A program made the position numbers and the translations under genes. A stretch of DNA of 64,000 bases. Origin: an uncultured Verrucomicrobiae bacterium (GTDB taxonomy: Bacteria; Verrucomicrobiota; Verrucomicrobiia; Chthoniobacterales; JAFAMB01). A model generated the notes under the pieces. It was not told the DNA's origin, ran no database searches, and was given only the letters and a program-made list of their open reading frames with translations. The stretch spans positions 64,001 to 128,000 of the forward strand of contig CAWAIK010000001.1 of the NCBI GenBank assembly GCA_963782115.1, given 5' to 3'. This document shows positions 60,161 to 64,000 of the stretch, in pieces; the stretch's first letter is position 1; every line of letters begins with the position of its first letter.

Positions 60161-61079
60161 TTTCGCCCAGTTCCTCTCCGGTTAGTTTGAGATAGACATC
60201 TTCCAGGTTCGCCGGGCGCATTTGAATCGCCGTCACTCCGGAGGCGGCTTGTAAGGCGATGAGATGCTGGATTTCAGGTGCGCGAACGCAGTATTGCCTG
60301 GCTTGCATGAAACAATGCCAATTGGAATCAAGATGCATCTTGAGAGTACTCGCCTGATCGGCTTCAAAGATGCCAACAAATCCCGGAGTCTCTTTTTCGA
60401 TCAATTCCTTTGGTGACCCCGCCGCCACCGCAACACCGTGATTGAGGATAATCACCCGGTCGCAAAGCAATTCCGCTTCGTGCATATAGTGTGTGGTGAC
60501 GAGGATCGTTTTTCCTGCTTGCCCGTATGAGAGCACTTTGTCCCAGAGCAGATGCCGAACCGTGGGGTCAAGGCCGGTCGTCGGCTCGTCGAGAATCAGC
60601 AACTCAGGATCCGATAGCAGAGCTCGCACAAAAGTGAGCCTCCTCTTCATTCCTCCGGAGAGGGATCGGATCTGAGCATCGCGTTTGTGGCCCAGCGACA
60701 TGTGTTCCAGCAATTCTTCAATGCGTCGGAAAGGGTCTCTCACGCCTTGGAAACGGGCGTAGAGTCTCATGTTTTCAACTACGGTCAGTTCCTCGTCGAG
60801 AGCGTTTTCCTGTGGAACCACGCCAATTCGTTGTTTGATGCGCCGCGCATCTCGACCCGGATCAAAGCCGAAAACCCGAAGATCGCCGCCTGACCGTTCG
60901 ACTGAGCCGTAAAGACAGCCGATGAACGTGGACTTACCCGCGCCATTCGGCCCGAGCAATCCAACGCATTGTCCCGAATCAACGACCAAGCTTAACTCTT
61001 TCAGCGCCACGAATTCGCCGAAACGTTTCGTGACCCCGCGAGCATCAACGGGAACTGTGCTGGTTAAATTCGAGATCAT
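60153..61079 (-). CDS. ABC-2 exporter ATPase (NodI-like)
   Basis: GPNGAGKS, LSGGMKRRL, LDEPTTGLDP, TTHYM, NLEDVYLKLTG. Confidence 0.92.
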   Translation of the reverse strand: MISNLTSTVPVDARGVTKRFGEFVALKELSLVVDSGQCVGLLGPNGAGKSTFIGCLYGSVERSGGDLRVFGFDPGRDARRIKQRIGVVPQENALDEELTVVENMRLYARFQGVRDPFRRIEELLEHMSLGHKRDAQIRSLSGGMKRRLTFVRALLSDPELLILDEPTTGLDPTVRHLLWDKVLSYGQAGKTILVTTHYMHEAELLCDRVIILNHGVAVAAGSPKELIEKETPGFVGIFEADQASTLKMHLDSNWHCFMQARQYCVRAPEIQHLIALQAASGVTAIQMRPANLEDVYLKLTGEELGENE

Positions 61080-61543
61080 GGCTTCTTGCGAACGCTGCCT
61101 ACCACTACGCGGTTCGCTCTGATTTACCCAGCTATTCGAGCAAGCCTATGCTTCTTTCTTCGGTCCCAATCCTTCATCGTTTCTCCCCTTCATCTTGGAC
61201 ACGACAGCGTTCGCCTACTTCATATATCCGGGGTTTGCGACGGATGTGCGAGATCTCTGGGTTGATATCCGCGAATATCTTTCTCGGGAAGAGTTTGCTC
61301 CTGAGATCATTGACCGTCTTGCGCGCTTGGCCGAGACGGAACCAGGGAACGAAAAAGTGTTGCCATTCGTCTGCCTGCTCTGGCGAGGGTTCGGCCAATA
61401 AGTTCGTCAGGGAAACAGACGATGGAGCGAATGCTGGGGCGCGAGGTGTTGCTGTCGGACGATTCGTGGCTGGAGCGACATCCATGTCGTGGTTCAAGAG
61501 AGGAGACTGGCGGGGTGGTCGGCCAATTTGTACATTGTCGCAA

Positions 61544-62239
61544 ATGACCATTTGGCGTTCGTTGCTTCTTATCTATCCGGCGATCGACGTACAGTTTCGG
61601 GATCAATCGGAAAGCGGACAACGATTCATCCACGTTCTGACGGATACGGAAGTGAGCGATGGGGTCGATTCTTTCCAACATTTTCCTTCGCTGGTCGAAG
61701 AGTTGACATCCCACAGAGCCACTGTCCGTTACGAGATCCATCGAGTGGAGAGATGCCTCACATCGTTGACGCACATGAGCGAAGGCATGTACTGGCCGTC
61801 GCCCACCGATACCCGGGAAGAGATTGACCGTTTGGCGACGCCGGGTTCCTATGATTCGATCTTCATTCTATGGCCGCAGCGCAATTTGAAGGATGGAACA
61901 TCAGTGCGATCCGCGGGGTGGGGCTTGGGTCTGGCTGCTTCCAGATGGTCAAACAATGCGACATACGCCACGATCGCCAATACAGAATCGTGGAGATGGC
62001 AGATCCCGGTGGTGGGCGAAGTATGGCTTCATGAATGGCTGCATGGTGTTTGCGCTTACTTCGCCGGCCTGGGTTACCCAATGCCCGGTGGAGATGCAGA
62101 CGGCGGCGCGCGACACGGATACGCGCAATCAAGAGTCTCCGGGTGGACGGAATATTATCGCGATTTGATGACGGGGAACGTGCTCGATGAAGGGAGGGTT
62201 AAGGGAATCCCGCTCGAGGCGTGGGCCAATTTCTCTTAG
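61544..62239 (+). CDS. Hypothetical protein with HExxH motif (putative zinc metallopeptidase)
   Basis: EVWLHEWLHGV; most plausible start is ATG 61544. Confidence 0.65.
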   Translation: MTIWRSLLLIYPAIDVQFRDQSESGQRFIHVLTDTEVSDGVDSFQHFPSLVEELTSHRATVRYEIHRVERCLTSLTHMSEGMYWPSPTDTREEIDRLATPGSYDSIFILWPQRNLKDGTSVRSAGWGLGLAASRWSNNATYATIANTESWRWQIPVVGEVWLHEWLHGVCAYFAGLGYPMPGGDADGGARHGYAQSRVSGWTEYYRDLMTGNVLDEGRVKGIPLEAWANFS

Positions 62240-62571
62240 TCGTTCTCGTCGTCTTTATCGGTTCTCTAGGGCTACATTCAGCCGCGGGGGGGGCGTTAGT
62301 GGACGGTTTTACGGCGGAGTGGAGCGCTTTTGGCTGGCGACGGGTAGCGATCGCACAACGACGAGAACGATAACGATTTTTTGGGAGGTGATTTTCCCGG
62401 TTGGCGAAAGAGGAGCGCGGCTGTCTGTTGGGTTCACGGTTTTCTGGCGGAGTAAGGCGCTTTTGGCCGGCCGCGCTGAGAGGTCGAGGAGGAGAACGAT
62501 AACGATTGAGGAGACGAGAGAAAGGAGCTCTGTTTGGGTTCACCTTTTTTCTGGCCGGTGCGATTACCGTT

Positions 62572-62952
62572 TCAATGTGATTTCGCTGAAAGCTCTTTGG
62601 CGACTTGGATTCCGCGAGAAGTTAACCTAATCGAATCCGAGATAAGCCCTCGTTCTTTTAGTCGTCTGAGTGAGCGGCTTAGCGAGGTTCGCGCGGCGTT
62701 TGCTTTCTCTGGTCCCACCGCCGCATCGTCGATCACCAGCCATTTGTGCCCGTAGTCTTTCCTCTGCGTTCGAAGCGGAATCTTAAAGTAATCTCGTAAA
62801 ACAAAGATTCTCAAAAGGTGAACGGGCGGTAAATAGCTCGTACGGCGATATTTCTTGGGTTCGTCCGATCCTGCTTCTATGATTTCGCCGTAAGCTTCGA
62901 TCAGAATCCAGCGCTGTAGACGGGAAAGCTTTTCTTCAGAGAACCAGAGCAT
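62572..62952 (-). CDS. Hypothetical basic protein, winged-helix-like
   Basis: SLSRSLRRLKERGLI....RLTSRG pattern. Confidence 0.55.
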   Translation of the reverse strand: MLWFSEEKLSRLQRWILIEAYGEIIEAGSDEPKKYRRTSYLPPVHLLRIFVLRDYFKIPLRTQRKDYGHKWLVIDDAAVGPEKANAARTSLSRSLRRLKERGLISDSIRLTSRGIQVAKELSAKSH

Positions 62953-63149
62953 AAAAAGGTGGAATATTCGATCCGCTGTTGCTGGAAAAGTTAGGTGGTC
63001 TGCGATCTGATTTCTTTCAGAACCATTAGAAAGTCAAATTCCCCTTCATCCATCTGTTTAGCCATCGCATATGCCACGCGCAGGACCGCTGCACAAACCA
63101 GTTGCATCACCATAATATGCGAGACCGTGCTCTAGCGGCGTTTTTACGA

Positions 63150-63318
63150 TCAGGCCTCAGGGACAATAGGGCGGACCTTGACGGTTACGCCGTAGTCCAG
63201 ACAGGGGTTGCCTTCCGCGATTTGCACCGCTTTCGTCAAGATTCGTTGTCTGAATGCACCAGTAGCCTACGATCGCTTCCTTGGATTCCGTAAATGGGCC
63301 GTCTGTGACCGCTTTTAT
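63150..63318 (-). pseudogene. YciI/DGPF-family protein C-terminal remnant, frameshifted
   Basis: VTDGPFTESKEAIVGYWCI...LDE, frameshift, AVQIAEGNPCLDYGVTVKVRPI. Confidence 0.7.
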
Positions 63319-63576
63319 AACGAAGAGTGGCTTTCTCGGTCGGCGGGAAAGGAGGGGACTCTCTGTTTACGTTTATTCTGCCAGAGTAAAGGGCTTTTAC
63401 CGGGCAACGCTCAGAGATCGAGAACGAGGACGACGACGAGAACGAGAACGATTTTTGGGAGAGGGTGGATCAAACAGAGAGATGTCCGCCCGCATTGCTC
63501 TTGGCTATCTCGGGCTCATTTACGATAAGGTTGTTCTTGCGCTGTCGATTCGTCCAGAACAGTAGAAAGGAATACT

Positions 63577-64000
63577 ATGACCCATCCTATCACCGTTGAA
63601 TCCGTTGCCTCCGCCGCGCGCGATGCGGCGATCCCGTCGCTGTATCAATTGCTCGGCGACCGCTTGTCGACCGCCGCTCCGGTGCGCGAACAACACGGCA
63701 AGGATGCCTCCTATCATCCCTGTGTATCGCCGGACGCCGTTGCGTTCGCGCAGTCGACGGGGGAGGTAAGCGAGATCGTCAAGATATGTGCGCGACACAA
63801 AGTGCCGATTATCCCTTTTGGCGTTGGCACCAGCTTGGAAGGCCATGTGGTGGCGTTGCGGGGCGGGGTGTGTATCGACACCTCGCGGATGAAACAGATC
63901 CTGCAGGTCAGCGCTGGCGACCTCGATGCAACTGTACAGGCCGGCGTGACCCACCAGCAACTCAATGAGCATCTGCGGGATACCGGCCTGTTCTTTTCGG
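63577..64000 (+). CDS. FAD-linked oxidase (D-lactate dehydrogenase/GlcD family), runs off window end
   Basis: [39 protein letters not shown]. Not present in the ORF track. Confidence 0.88.
   Translation, partial: MTHPITVESVASAARDAAIPSLYQLLGDRLSTAAPVREQHGKDASYHPCVSPDAVAFAQSTGEVSEIVKICARHKVPIIPFGVGTSLEGHVVALRGGVCIDTSRMKQILQVSAGDLDATVQAGVTHQQLNEHLRDTGLFFS

Noticed and set aside
61148..61543. N-terminal 132 aa of the 363-aa ORF
   Set aside because: Composition looks non-coding and overlaps a better-looking decayed frame; start moved to 61544.
63520..63972. 150-aa minus-strand ORF
   Set aside because: Antisense to the clear FAD-oxidase gene starting at 63577.

Overview
Bacterial chromosomal window, tentatively from a soil Verrucomicrobiota (Chthoniobacterales-like) organism; this is inferred from repeat style, DGK-linker beta-barrels and gene repertoire, and was not tested. 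Intact blocks: bioB 3' end; an orphan SMI1/KNR4 gene; an arabinoside locus (GH51, sugar ABC, FadR regulator, IlvD/Edd dehydratase); a Pro/Thr-repeat autotransporter; a divergent porin / sigma54-type promoter / APC permease / PP2C-Ser/Thr-kinase module; a partial malonate decarboxylase cluster (mdcA, G, H only); degP plus a two-component system; an alpha-galactoside operon (ABC, melA, galT, galE, LacI); an Fe3+-type ABC; a Tm-1-like pair; SNF2-SWIM; and a NodIJ-like exporter. Between these lie many decayed pieces: a degraded integrative element (TrwC-helicase fragment, pentapeptide/TIR-like gene, HTH gene, internally deleted tyrosine integrase), a RAYT/REP composite inserted into a REP hairpin, an ORF-less group II intron broken in domain V by a structured RNA-like element, and several genes that keep both ends but lack their middles. 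Best candidates for undescribed biology: the porin-APC-PP2C/kinase signalling-transport module, a near-leaderless sigma54-driven 38-aa membrane peptide, a triplicated unknown protein family beside SNF2-SWIM, and the structured element interrupting the intron. No rRNA, tRNA or CRISPR array was seen.
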